Shown piece by piece: positions 45,563-59,668 of a DNA stretch of 64,000 bases (its first letter is position 1; every line of letters starts with the position of its first letter). The notes under the pieces were generated by a model. That model was not told where the DNA came from. It saw only the letters and a list, made by a program, of their open reading frames with translations, and searched no databases. Position numbers and translations under genes: made by a program. Source of the stretch: Candidatus Tayloriibacteriota bacterium (lineage in GTDB: Bacteria; Patescibacteriota; Minisyncoccia; Phycocordibacterales; PALSA-1337); NCBI GenBank assembly GCA_037129895.1, contig JBAXUB010000005.1:597-64596 (forward strand). The letters run 5' to 3'.

Positions 45563-47419
45563 ATGAAACGATCTTCAAAATTGCCACACAAATACATATT
45601 CGTTCTTGGCGGTGTGATGTCTGGGGTAGGAAAAGGTATAGCGACTTCGTCTATAGGGACATTACTTTCGAGTAAGGGCTATTCGATCAACCTGGTCAAA
45701 GTAGATCCATATCTCAATGTTGATGCTGGTACTATGAATCCTACCGAACATGGTGAGGTTTTCGTATTGAATTCTGGACTGGAAACGGATCAGGATATGG
45801 GTAATTATGAGAGATTCCTCGGAAAAGATCTAACCGCCAATGACTATATAACTAGTGGGATGGTATATAAGCATGTGATCGAAAAAGAGAGAGCACTCGG
45901 CTATGGGGGCAAATGTGTAGAAGCGATACCTCATCTGCGCGATGAGATCGTCCATAGGTTCGAACATTCTGCCAAGATCAATAAGTCAGACATTTCCATA
46001 ATAGAGATCGGTGGTACAGTCGGTGACTACCAAAACACTATGTTCATAGAGGCGGCGAGATTTCTCAAAATGCGACATCCTACAGATGTCATTTTTATTA
46101 TGGTTAGTTATTTGCCTGTTCCATCGAAGTTAGGTGAGATGAAGACTCGCCCTACTCAGCACGCAGTACAGCAACTAGCATCATATGGAGTGAATACGGA
46201 CATTGTGATCGCTAGAGCTGATCATCCTTTGGACTTACGTCGTAAAGAAAAGATAGCGACAGCCTGCAATATTCCTATTGAAAATGTCATCTCAGCTCCA
46301 GACATCGAGAGTGTTTATGATGTTCCTGTCAATTTCAAGCAAGGTAAGATAGATGAGATCGTACTCAAAGCATTGAATATAGATGTGCATGGTAGAAAAG
46401 GTGGGGAGTCTGGTATTGATTTCAATAAATGGGCGAAGATGGCACGTGGTATCAAGGACGGGACGCGTAAGAAAGTGAATATCGCCATAGTTGGAAAATA
46501 TTTTGCAACAGGAAATTTCATGTTGAATGATTCGTATCTGTCAGTTTTGGAAGCGATCAAGTATTCAGCCAATAGAGTTGGTGTCAAAGCGGTCATAACT
46601 GCAGTTAATGCTGGTGATTTTGAGAAAGTTACAAGGCAACAGAATGATCCAGATTTTCCATATTTACCGGATGGTGCAGCTTCAGTCTTGGACAAATATG
46701 ATGGCATCATCGTTCCTGGTGGATTTGGTGCAACGGGCATAGAAGGTAAATTGAATGTTATCAGATATGCGCGTGAGAAGAAGATTCCATACTTTGGATT
46801 ATGTTATGGTATGCAGCTCATGACGATAGAATATGCGAGAAATGTACTCGGATTGAAAGGTTCACATACTGCGGAGATAGATCCAAAGTCACCGCATACG
46901 ATCATCGACATCATGCCGGATCAGAAAAAGAAGATAGACATCGGTAATTATGGAGGCAGCATGAGGCTAGGGCTTTATCCAGCAAAGCTTTCTCCTCACA
47001 CCATCGCCCATTCTGCATATTTGAAATGGCTAGATAAGTTGGCAGCTAGAGAGAGCAGATCAAAGACCGGAGACAATCCAAAAGATAGATTGAAAATGAA
47101 AGATATTCTGATCGAAGAACGGCATCGTCATCGTTATGAAGTCAATCTAAGATATGTGAAGCAACTGGAGAAAGGCGGCTTGATATTTTCTGGAAAGTCA
47201 CCTGACGGCACTTTGATGGAGATAGCTGAGTTACCATATTCGGTAGGGGAAACTGGGGGAAATGGCCACCCATTCTTTCTGGGAACTCAGTTTCATCCGG
47301 AATTTTTGGCTAGACCACTTACGCCACATCCACTCTTTACCGCTTTCATTGAGGCGGCTGTGAATGGCGCCAAGAGGGTGATTGATGAGGTTTCTATTAA
47401 CAATGAACATAGAGGATAG
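45563..47419 (+). CDS. pyrG: CTP synthase
   Basis: It has YIFVLGGVMSGVGKG at the N-terminus and the GATase motif GLCYGMQ. Confidence 0.85.
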   Translation: MKRSSKLPHKYIFVLGGVMSGVGKGIATSSIGTLLSSKGYSINLVKVDPYLNVDAGTMNPTEHGEVFVLNSGLETDQDMGNYERFLGKDLTANDYITSGMVYKHVIEKERALGYGGKCVEAIPHLRDEIVHRFEHSAKINKSDISIIEIGGTVGDYQNTMFIEAARFLKMRHPTDVIFIMVSYLPVPSKLGEMKTRPTQHAVQQLASYGVNTDIVIARADHPLDLRRKEKIATACNIPIENVISAPDIESVYDVPVNFKQGKIDEIVLKALNIDVHGRKGGESGIDFNKWAKMARGIKDGTRKKVNIAIVGKYFATGNFMLNDSYLSVLEAIKYSANRVGVKAVITAVNAGDFEKVTRQQNDPDFPYLPDGAASVLDKYDGIIVPGGFGATGIEGKLNVIRYAREKKIPYFGLCYGMQLMTIEYARNVLGLKGSHTAEIDPKSPHTIIDIMPDQKKKIDIGNYGGSMRLGLYPAKLSPHTIAHSAYLKWLDKLAARESRSKTGDNPKDRLKMKDILIEERHRHRYEVNLRYVKQLEKGGLIFSGKSPDGTLMEIAELPYSVGETGGNGHPFFLGTQFHPEFLARPLTPHPLFTAFIEAAVNGAKRVIDEVSINNEHRG

Positions 47420-47580
47420 TCAGTTACAGTATTGACAGTTACGACCTCTGTTTGATGTTGTCATGAGTCCCAATAAAGAAGCTGCACCATAGGGTCGGTG
47501 CAGCTGTAGTAGCGTTTTGCGTGTATGAGAAGTACGAATATCCCTGAGGTGTTTCGAATGTGCGACGGAACTCACAGATG

Positions 47581-48270
47581 TCAGGCAACTTTCGGATCCC
47601 CATTCTGCCAACAGAAATGAGTTTCGTGGCCATTTTCAATGAAAATGTATTTGTGTCTGTACAAGAGATTGTTCGCTTCGAGGTGAACAGTGAAATGGTG
47701 TCGATGGTACACATCAACGAATCCTAGATAGAACAGTGATGTGTCCGTATTCACTATTTCCACTTCACCCTTGTTGAGCTTGAATTCTCTGGCATCTTTG
47801 AATCCTAGGACACTCTCGAGTAGTCTGAAAGCGGCATCTTCTGGCATTTCAGTGCGCAGCTTGATCTTACCGCCGAGGCTGCCTGTAAATGGCCTCTTTT
47901 TGTATTCTTCATTTTTTTCAGTCCTGCGGAATTCATGCAGAGTTTCCTTGTGACCATTGTGATAGTGAGTCACGGTGATCACGGCAACACTCACATGTAG
48001 AGCAGGACGTTTCTTCATGGAATTTTCTTCTACCCACATTTCGCCATTTTGGAGAGAGTCGAGTAGGCCATCGACAGCCTTCAGATTACCAGATTTCTTT
48101 TGGTCTACTCCTTGATGTTTCCACAAGCTGTACGGAATATGGTTATCGTCCAGAAACTTGAGTAGTTTCTTGCGATTCCAGTTCATGTTCTGTAATGAGC
48201 GGGGATTGCCCAGATAGAGATAGAATACGGCCAAGACTACGATTACGAGTAATGCTTTTTCAATGTTCAC
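47581..48270 (-). CDS. Hypothetical membrane-anchored protein (229 aa)
   Basis: It is an ORF with an N-terminal TM helix. A minus-strand hairpin terminator lies at ~47497-47520. Confidence 0.4.
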   Translation of the reverse strand: MNIEKALLVIVVLAVFYLYLGNPRSLQNMNWNRKKLLKFLDDNHIPYSLWKHQGVDQKKSGNLKAVDGLLDSLQNGEMWVEENSMKKRPALHVSVAVITVTHYHNGHKETLHEFRRTEKNEEYKKRPFTGSLGGKIKLRTEMPEDAAFRLLESVLGFKDAREFKLNKGEVEIVNTDTSLFYLGFVDVYHRHHFTVHLEANNLLYRHKYIFIENGHETHFCWQNGDPKVA

Positions 48271-48385
48271 ATTGATCCTTTGGTTGAATTTTTAGTCCGA
48301 ATCTACGTATTTTATAACTTTAATAGAGGGGAATTGCAATAGGTAATCCTAGTGATCTGGTTTTGCGAGTCGATCGAATGGTGTA

Positions 48386-48414
48386 TTGCCAAAGTGCTAA
48401 GAAAATGATATAAT
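48386..48414 (+). promoter_or_regulatory. Sigma70-type promoter TTGCCA-N17-TATAAT upstream of 48490
   Basis: It has near-consensus hexamers with 17-nt spacing, ~75 nt upstream of the ORF. Confidence 0.4.
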
Positions 48415-48489
48415 ATCAACATAACTTTGTACAAAAAAATCAAATATACTTAGAAGAAAGGGAAAAACATTAGAAAGATCTATTCGACT

Positions 48490-48996
48490 ATGTTGGCGTG
48501 GTTACGGTTCGCGGCGACGATCGTTATGGAGAAAGTGGTTTGTGGATCGTTCTACTATCTATTCTTTCCATTCTTGATCGGTAAGATCGGAGCGCTTCGG
48601 GCGGTTCCATCACTCTTCTGCATGCAGTTTTTGGTTTCTCTGGTTTGTTGGTTCATGTATGACTATATCGGTAGAGATATTGTCGGATTGGCTAGCATCA
48701 AGATGAAGATCGAGTGGCAAAGCCAGAAGGTTCGCATGCGTTTTCCACGCTGGGGCAGATTCCTAGATCGTTATAGGAATATAGCTCGGGCACTGGAGTT
48801 CGCATTTTGTTCGTGGCAGTTCATTCCGCCGCTTGCGTTGCTCTGCCTTCGGAAAGAGGGTAAAAAGGGGGATACGACAACAGAGATCGGTATGCTGTGC
48901 GGAAGTTCTGCACTCGCGACGGTTATCTGGACTGGTTATTCGATTGGATTGTTCGAACCAATAGTGGTCTTCATCAAATCCAATTTTGGAGTGTGA
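48490..48996 (+). CDS. Hypothetical integral membrane protein (168 aa)
   Basis: It is an ORF with multiple hydrophobic segments. Confidence 0.4.
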   Translation: MLAWLRFAATIVMEKVVCGSFYYLFFPFLIGKIGALRAVPSLFCMQFLVSLVCWFMYDYIGRDIVGLASIKMKIEWQSQKVRMRFPRWGRFLDRYRNIARALEFAFCSWQFIPPLALLCLRKEGKKGDTTTEIGMLCGSSALATVIWTGYSIGLFEPIVVFIKSNFGV

Positions 48997-49020
48997 CTGG
49001 GTTTTGTTGGTTTCAAAAAT

Positions 49021-49055
49021 GCGCCACTTCTAATACATGTGGCGCTTTTATTTTT
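49021..49055 (+). terminator. Rho-independent terminator (GCGCCAC...GTGGCGC + T-run)
   Basis: Read directly from the sequence. Confidence 0.6.
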
Positions 49056-49099
49056 GTATTGTCAATATTTCTGTCGTTTTTTTGTAATGATACAATATT

Positions 49100-49801
49100 T
49101 TGATGAATACAAGTTGGAATAAAGGACTTACAAAATATACGCACCCGTCAATTATGATGACTTCAGTAAAAATGAAGGCTAAAGCGGTAGATAATTTATT
49201 TTCTTGGCGAGAGATGGCTAAAAAACAAGGAAAAATGCGGAGCGTATACCCGATATTGAAGCGCGATGGAGATCTCGCAGAGCTTATCGGTGTTATTCTT
49301 GGAGATGGACATTTGAGAAAATATCCACGTACCGATGAATTGTCGATCTTTTCTAATTCAACAAACGAAGGAATTGTCAGGAGATATAGTGGTCTGGTAG
49401 AGCGTATATTTGATATGAAACCTGCAGAAACTATTCACAGTGGAAAGAAATGTATTAGGATTAGAATATATCAAAAATTCTTGCAGGAACGAATACAGAT
49501 CCCATATAGTCCGCGGGGCAAATTGGACATAGTTGTACCGGACTGGATTTTGGGCGATATTTCCTTTATAGTTAGGTATCTTCGTGGTTTATACGAAGCT
49601 GAGGGATCATATAGTGTTCATCTGCCAACATCTACATATAAATTGTTCTTTTCGAATAGAAACATGTCGATGTTATCAAATGTGAAAATTTTGTTGGAGA
49701 AGCTTGGTTTTCATCCTCATTTGAGTAAGGATAAGGTTCAAGTATCTAGAAAAGAAGAAGTTGTGAAATTGCTAGAATTAATCGAGTTTAGAAAGTATTG
49801 A
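49100..49801 (+). CDS. Free-standing LAGLIDADG-family homing-endonuclease-like protein (two LAGLIDADG motifs)
   Basis: It has LIGVILGDGHL and YLRGLYEAEGSY motifs. It ends 7 nt before tRNA-Gln. Confidence 0.6.
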   Translation: MMNTSWNKGLTKYTHPSIMMTSVKMKAKAVDNLFSWREMAKKQGKMRSVYPILKRDGDLAELIGVILGDGHLRKYPRTDELSIFSNSTNEGIVRRYSGLVERIFDMKPAETIHSGKKCIRIRIYQKFLQERIQIPYSPRGKLDIVVPDWILGDISFIVRYLRGLYEAEGSYSVHLPTSTYKLFFSNRNMSMLSNVKILLEKLGFHPHLSKDKVQVSRKEEVVKLLELIEFRKY

Positions 49802-49808
49802 AAATTTA

Positions 49809-49879
49809 TTGCGGGATCGGCTAATGGTAGGCCACATCCCTCTGGAGGATGTTATCTTGGTTCGAGTCCAAGTCCCGCA
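49809..49879 (+). tRNA. tRNA-Gln (anticodon CTG)
   Basis: It was folded by eye. The acceptor stem is TGCGGGA/TCCCGCA, the D stem GGCT/GGCC, the anticodon stem CATCC/GGATG with loop CTCTGGA, the T arm CTTGG-TTCGAGT-CCAAG, and the discriminator G. CCA is not encoded. Confidence 0.75.
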
Positions 49880-51434
49880 GCAATTTCGCAAAAATCGCAG
49901 AATCGCCCGAAAAAGGCGAAAGAATCGCAGAATATGGAGGGCGGGGCGGAATTCCCCCCTGAAACCCCCCTTCCGCCCCGCCCGCATCTTTGCTCACGTT
50001 TTTGGGAATTTTCGTGACGAAAGCAAAAGGAAAATGCGGAGAAAAAATGAGGGTGCGGTTGAGGACGAGTGGGTTCGAACCGACTTTTTCAAAGAATGAT
50101 CGAATTTTCGTAGTATCTGTACTCTCTGCCAAAATAGAGGCTTCCTTGCAGTCTTTTAGGAAGTTAATCACTGGTTCGAACCGATCGTTAGAAACTTTAC
50201 CGAAAGCAGTAATTTTGTCCTTCAAAACCTGCTTTTCGGTTACAAGTTTGTTTTTGGTTGTCTGGTATTCTTCAAGAGTTAGGGCATTGCCAAGGTATGC
50301 AGTCATGAGTTTTTCTAGTTTAGCGTTAATGGCTAGTGCCTCATCACTTACTTTCTGAATCTGATTTTTCGAAGAGTCATCGTCCTTAGCTCGATCTTTC
50401 TCAACCTCTGCAATTAGCCAGTTTGCCACTTCATCAGAAAGTGATACTTTTTTTAGCTCCTCCTGAATGAGTGTTGTCATAGCTTCCTCACGAACGTATT
50501 TTTGTGAACATGGGCCTTTGTGCTTTGTACACCTCAAATAGTTATGACCCTTCTGGGTTTCAATCGTAAGGCAACAGCCACATTCAGCGCACTTGAACAG
50601 TCCGCGATACACATACGGCTTGAGATCACCGTCATGTTGGGGTTTGCTTTTTTTGGTCATAACTTCCTGGCATATATCAAAAATTTTCTTGGTGATGATT
50701 GGCTCATGCTTACCTTCGTAAAATTCACCATGAAAAAGTATGAGTCCGTGGTACAAATTATTTTTGAGTAGATACTGGTAGTTGGAAATAGAAAGTTCCT
50801 TGCCCTTGTGCCCAGTCAATCCAAGCTCGCCCATACTTTTACGGAGGGCTGATAGAGTATAATTTCCTGTAGCGTAAGTTTCAAAAGCTTTCTTGATGAA
50901 TGGTGCTTTTTCGGGATCAACAACTATCAATTTAGTTTTCTTGTCATTGAGGTAACCGATTGGAGCTTTCTGTGGCCAGATTCCATTCTTCAATTTTTGT
51001 TTGTAACTACGCTTTACATTTTCAGACAGATTGTCCACATAATATTTTGACTGCGAAAAAGAAATGGAAAGCATAAATTTTCCTTGGGGTGTTGCATCAA
51101 ACCAGAAAGTTGGAAATTTTAGGTCGGTGATAACACCGGTGTCCACCATATAAATAATTTTGCCACCATCCACCGAGTTACGAGCGAGCCTATCAGGATG
51201 CCATGCCAAAATGCCAGAGGCTTCTCTGGCTTCTATACGCTCCAACATCTCCGCAAATACAGGCCTACCAGGAGTTTTGGCAGTTTGTTTCTCGATGAAG
51301 ATGTCTACAACCTCCAATTGCTCCTTTTTGGCGAGCTCGCGTAGCTCGGAGAGCTGGTCGGCAAGAGATCTCACTTGCCGATCCTCGGTGTCGGTAGATT
51401 TTCTGGTATATATAAAATATTTTTTCTCACTCAT
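49821..51434 (-). CDS. Large serine recombinase (resolvase/invertase catalytic domain + recombinase domain + zinc ribbon)
   Basis: It has N-terminal YTRKSTDTEDRQVRSLADQ (catalytic Ser), the recombinase domain, and CAECGCC...CTKHKGPC. The 3' ~60 codons run through the left IR and over tRNA-Gln on the opposite strand, so the true stop is uncertain. Confidence 0.75.
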   Translation of the reverse strand: MSEKKYFIYTRKSTDTEDRQVRSLADQLSELRELAKKEQLEVVDIFIEKQTAKTPGRPVFAEMLERIEAREASGILAWHPDRLARNSVDGGKIIYMVDTGVITDLKFPTFWFDATPQGKFMLSISFSQSKYYVDNLSENVKRSYKQKLKNGIWPQKAPIGYLNDKKTKLIVVDPEKAPFIKKAFETYATGNYTLSALRKSMGELGLTGHKGKELSISNYQYLLKNNLYHGLILFHGEFYEGKHEPIITKKIFDICQEVMTKKSKPQHDGDLKPYVYRGLFKCAECGCCLTIETQKGHNYLRCTKHKGPCSQKYVREEAMTTLIQEELKKVSLSDEVANWLIAEVEKDRAKDDDSSKNQIQKVSDEALAINAKLEKLMTAYLGNALTLEEYQTTKNKLVTEKQVLKDKITAFGKVSNDRFEPVINFLKDCKEASILAESTDTTKIRSFFEKVGSNPLVLNRTLIFSPHFPFAFVTKIPKNVSKDAGGAEGGFQGGIPPRPPYSAILSPFSGDSAIFAKLLRDLDSNQDNILQRDVAYH

Positions 51435-51945
51435 GTTTGTATTTTACCAAATTTTTCAGAAAGCAAGAAATATTTTTTACATAAATCAGTGCATAAACAG
51501 TTAACAACTAAGCTCTCATCGAGAAGCGGTCGACTTTCGCTTCTTCTCACAGTAGTTTCTTCACGTCTCGCACATATCTGTATGGCGGACGCGCCCCACG
51601 ATTGCCCTAGCAACGGTGGGAAGCGCGGGAGCCGTTCTGGTATGTGCGTATGGCGTGCCACGAGACTCTGTAGAAGCGGAAGTGGGCCGCTTCGAGTCAC
51701 TGTGGTGTGTGTTTGTGTTTAAAAATAAAAAGTAAAAGAAGGTGAGTACCCATCTGGTCCTCAACCGCACCCTCATTTTTTCTCCGCATTTTCCTTTTGC
51801 ATTTGTAACGAAAATTCCCAAAAACGTGAGCAAAGATGCGGGCGGGGCGGAAGGGGGGTTTCAGGGGGGAATTCCGCCCCGCCCTCCATATTCTGCGATT
51901 CTTTCGCCTTTTTCGGGCGATTCTGCGATTTTTGCGAAATTGCTG
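49877..51945. mobile_element. IS-like element. A large serine recombinase gene is bounded by ~180-bp terminal inverted repeats (49877..50057 and 51757..51945). It is inserted at the 3' end of tRNA-Gln.
   Basis: The two ends are near-identical in inverted orientation. The left IR starts inside the tRNA 3' end (CAGCAA), and the right IR ends with TTGCTG. The IR carries an internal GC hairpin at 49936..49984. Confidence 0.6.
51521..51695. repeat. Family C intergenic repeat, copy 2
   Basis: It is homologous to 6234..6406 along its whole length and shares the terminal hairpins. Confidence 0.6.
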
Positions 51946-52150
51946 TCGTTTTTGAATGAAGTTCGAACGTTTTTCGCTGAAAATCCTCAAAATTAAGGAA
52001 GTCAGGCGGCACGGCAGGAGGGGTGTGGGGAGGAATGCCGTGCCGCCTTCCTACTGTTTTCTTTCTTTTTTTTCCGTCATGCACCTTGTGGAGCTCGGAC
52101 GATGCGGAACTCTTGTGTGGGGCGAGCTGTTTCCGCACGTCCTCGCGGGG
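51939..52150. repeat. ~210-bp repeat B, copy 1. It contains the hairpin AGGCGGCACGGCA-loop(GGAGGGGTGTGGGGAGGAA)-TGCCGTGCCGCCT at 52004..52048.
   Basis: The reverse-complement copy lies at 58197..58406, with only a few mismatches (~95% identity). Confidence 0.65.
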
Positions 52151-52236
52151 GATTTGGAGGACGATTTGGATTGAAATACTGTTAGAGATACGATTAGTTT
52201 ATACACAGCCCATATAAAGACTTTTGAGTATAAATC

Positions 52237-57390
<5,154 letters not shown>

Positions 57391-57443
57391 ACTATGATAG
57401 AAAGTTTGATAAATTATATTGAGAAAAAATGTAAAAATTTCTT

Positions 57444-57971
57444 ATGTCAGATGATCAAAACCAAGATATAAATCCACAACAAGAGCCACCACAAAGCCCT
57501 GAAGCAGTCACAGATGAAGCACCTATTCAGCAAGCCGATTCTATACCTACCGATATGCCCCCTGTGGCCCCAGAAGCCCCTAAGGACGCTTCTACCTCTG
57601 TTCCTGTAGAAGATCAAAATGGAGCAAATAAGGATGAAAATCAAGTATCAGAATCTCCAGCTGTGACCGCGCCAGCGCCACTAACCTCGGCTACTCCACA
57701 AACGCAATCGCTGGCGCAACAAGATGAACGTGGATTCATCAAGAGCTTGCTTATTAAAGCTCAAGCTAAAATACAATTTAACAAACAAAGAAAGTTAGAA
57801 AAAATCATTCAGCTAGCACAAAAGAAAGGAATAATTACAAATGATGATGTACAAAAACTTTTGCATGTCTCTGATGCAACTGCAACCAGATATTTAGTAA
57901 AATTAGTAGAACAAGGTCGTCTGACTCGCTTAGGTTCACCACGCGATGCTAAATATCAAATTGTACGATAA
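57444..57971 (+). CDS. Small Pro-rich protein with a C-terminal winged-helix-like domain, paralog of 5598..6167
   Basis: It has the same architecture and a conserved C-terminus (ATATRYLVKLVEQGRLTRLGSPRDAKYQ). Confidence 0.6.
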   Translation: MSDDQNQDINPQQEPPQSPEAVTDEAPIQQADSIPTDMPPVAPEAPKDASTSVPVEDQNGANKDENQVSESPAVTAPAPLTSATPQTQSLAQQDERGFIKSLLIKAQAKIQFNKQRKLEKIIQLAQKKGIITNDDVQKLLHVSDATATRYLVKLVEQGRLTRLGSPRDAKYQIVR

Positions 57972-57979
57972 AATAGTCT

Positions 57980-58008
57980 TGTGGCTCAAATGGTGGAATT
58001 GAGCCACA
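57980..58008. repeat. Palindromic hairpin element, copy 3
   Basis: Identical to 6430..6458. Confidence 0.6.
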
Positions 58009-58017
58009 GAGGTTCTC

Positions 58018-58162
58018 GAGAAGCGGTCGACTTTCGCTTCTTCTCACTGAAATCTATTCGTGTTCGGAGGAAGTCGGTTCGGCGATTAGCCGTACGGACT
58101 GACGACGAATGCGCCACTAAACTATATGGAAGCGGAAGTGGACCGCTTCGAATGATTTGATG
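58018..58162. repeat. Family C intergenic repeat, copy 3 (termini conserved, interior divergent)
   Basis: GAGAAGCGGTCGACTTTCGCTTCTTCTCAC ... GGAAGCGGAAGTGGACCGCTTCGAA. Confidence 0.55.
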
Positions 58163-58196
58163 AAATACGTTTTGAAATATTTTGAACCCCGCGAGG

Positions 58197-58406
58197 ACGG
58201 TGCGGAAACCTTTTGCCCCACACAATAGTTCCGCATCGTCCGAGCTCCACAAGGGCATGACGGAAAAAAAAGAAAGAAAACAGTAGGAAGGCGGCACGGC
58301 ATTCCTCCCCACACCCCTCCTGCCGTGCCGCCTGACTTCCTTAATTTTGAGGATTTTCAGCGAAAAACGTTCGAACTTCATTCAAAAACGACAGCAAGAT
58401 TTTTTT
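58197..58406. repeat. Repeat B, copy 2, in inverted orientation
   Basis: It is the reverse complement of 51939..52150. It ends with the same ...AAAAACGACAGCAA junction that abuts the right IR of the recombinase element. Confidence 0.65.
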
Positions 58407-58882
58407 ATGCCTCTGTTAAGCCACTTTACAAATCAGAGAGTCTTGGACGATCGAACCTAGGTCTAAGACATAGATAAATGAGTTCATCATGCTGCGGATA
58501 CTTACCCTCGAATTTCCCCCTTTCTCATTCTTCCTAGAATCTTGTCTATGTCATGAATGGCACAGAGCATCTGGAAGATCATCTCTTGCATGTCATTCAT
58601 GCGCCAAATGATATGAGGAGGGAGAGGGTATATAGGTACCTTCTCTTCCTTATGTTTCATCGGAGTATCTGTTACCCACTCATGGTGCACCATGAACAAA
58701 GCCTGTGGTTGTTAATGAGCTTTGTGTGAGAAGAATGTTCCTATTGGCGAGTCTATAAAAGACGTCAATCTTTGCCAGATTGGAAAGAATTCAGACTCTT
58801 GACAAACGCCATTTCGGGAGTACAATACTGATGTATCAATACGAAAAGGGACCCGAAAGGTGAAATACCTAAGGGGCCCTTT

Positions 58883-59416
58883 TCATTTACGCTGATAGGA
58901 TATCTTTGCTCGGACGTCAGCACTTTCTAGATAGTCATAGAATTCGCTTCCCAGAGATTTGTATAGAGAAGAGGCGAACTGTTTGTTAGGGAAGAGCATC
59001 TTGCCGAATTTGTCTTTTTTGATGAGATAGTCGACGACTCTTTTATAATCACCGTCTCCTGAAACGATGAAGAACTTGCCAATAGGTTCACCATCCGCCA
59101 ACTTTTTCATCATCTCAAAGATAATATCGGAATCAACATTTCCTTTCTTCGCACCTCGGAGGGCTGATGAATGATCTCGGAATGAAAGCACGAATCCAGC
59201 TTTCTGAAGCTTGTTGTACAGGTCTTGTTCATCGTCGGAGATGAAGCCGAGGAAATAATACGCCTCGGTTATTCCATACTTTTCCAATAGATAGGTTCTG
59301 AAACGGGCATGATCAATAGCCCAGCCACTCTCTTTTGTGCCGAGGTGTAGGTTTTGACCATCTATGAAAGCAATATTTGGTTCCTTTGCTGATTCCATCA
59401 GTGGTAATGATATCAT
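58883..59416 (-). CDS. NYN (LabA-like PIN) domain protein
   Basis: It has IAFIDGQNL and FIVSGDGDY motifs. Confidence 0.6.
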   Translation of the reverse strand: MISLPLMESAKEPNIAFIDGQNLHLGTKESGWAIDHARFRTYLLEKYGITEAYYFLGFISDDEQDLYNKLQKAGFVLSFRDHSSALRGAKKGNVDSDIIFEMMKKLADGEPIGKFFIVSGDGDYKRVVDYLIKKDKFGKMLFPNKQFASSLYKSLGSEFYDYLESADVRAKISYQRK

Positions 59417-59668
59417 CTAGAAACGCTGATACACAATAGTATCTTGCCGCCGACGGCAACCTTTGACGTCTGTTTCAAAATGTTCGGCCATCTATACTAG
59501 CTTCACACCTCAATAATTAGTTTTGTGTGCCGGTCTTTCGATGCTCTCCAAACTCCTTTCTAAAGTGGTAGTATATTAGTCTAGCCGCACGTTCCATTTT
59601 ACGAGTCCAGGTTCGAACGTCGTCTAAGTTACCCAGCAAATCAAATTTGTCTATGGTATTATTGCAAG

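Noticed and set aside
50040-50080. tRNA-like T-arm fragment GGGTTCGAACC inside the recombinase 3' region
   Set aside because: Only a T-arm-like hairpin is present. No acceptor, D or anticodon arms can be folded.
51742-52217. ORFs 51742..51996, 51697..51990, 51773..52138, 51956..52174 and 52023..52217, plus the mirror ORFs 57986..58381 and 58117..58314
   Set aside because: They are encoded entirely by repeats (the recombinase IR and repeat B), which are open in several frames. The same peptides appear wherever the repeat occurs, in both orientations.
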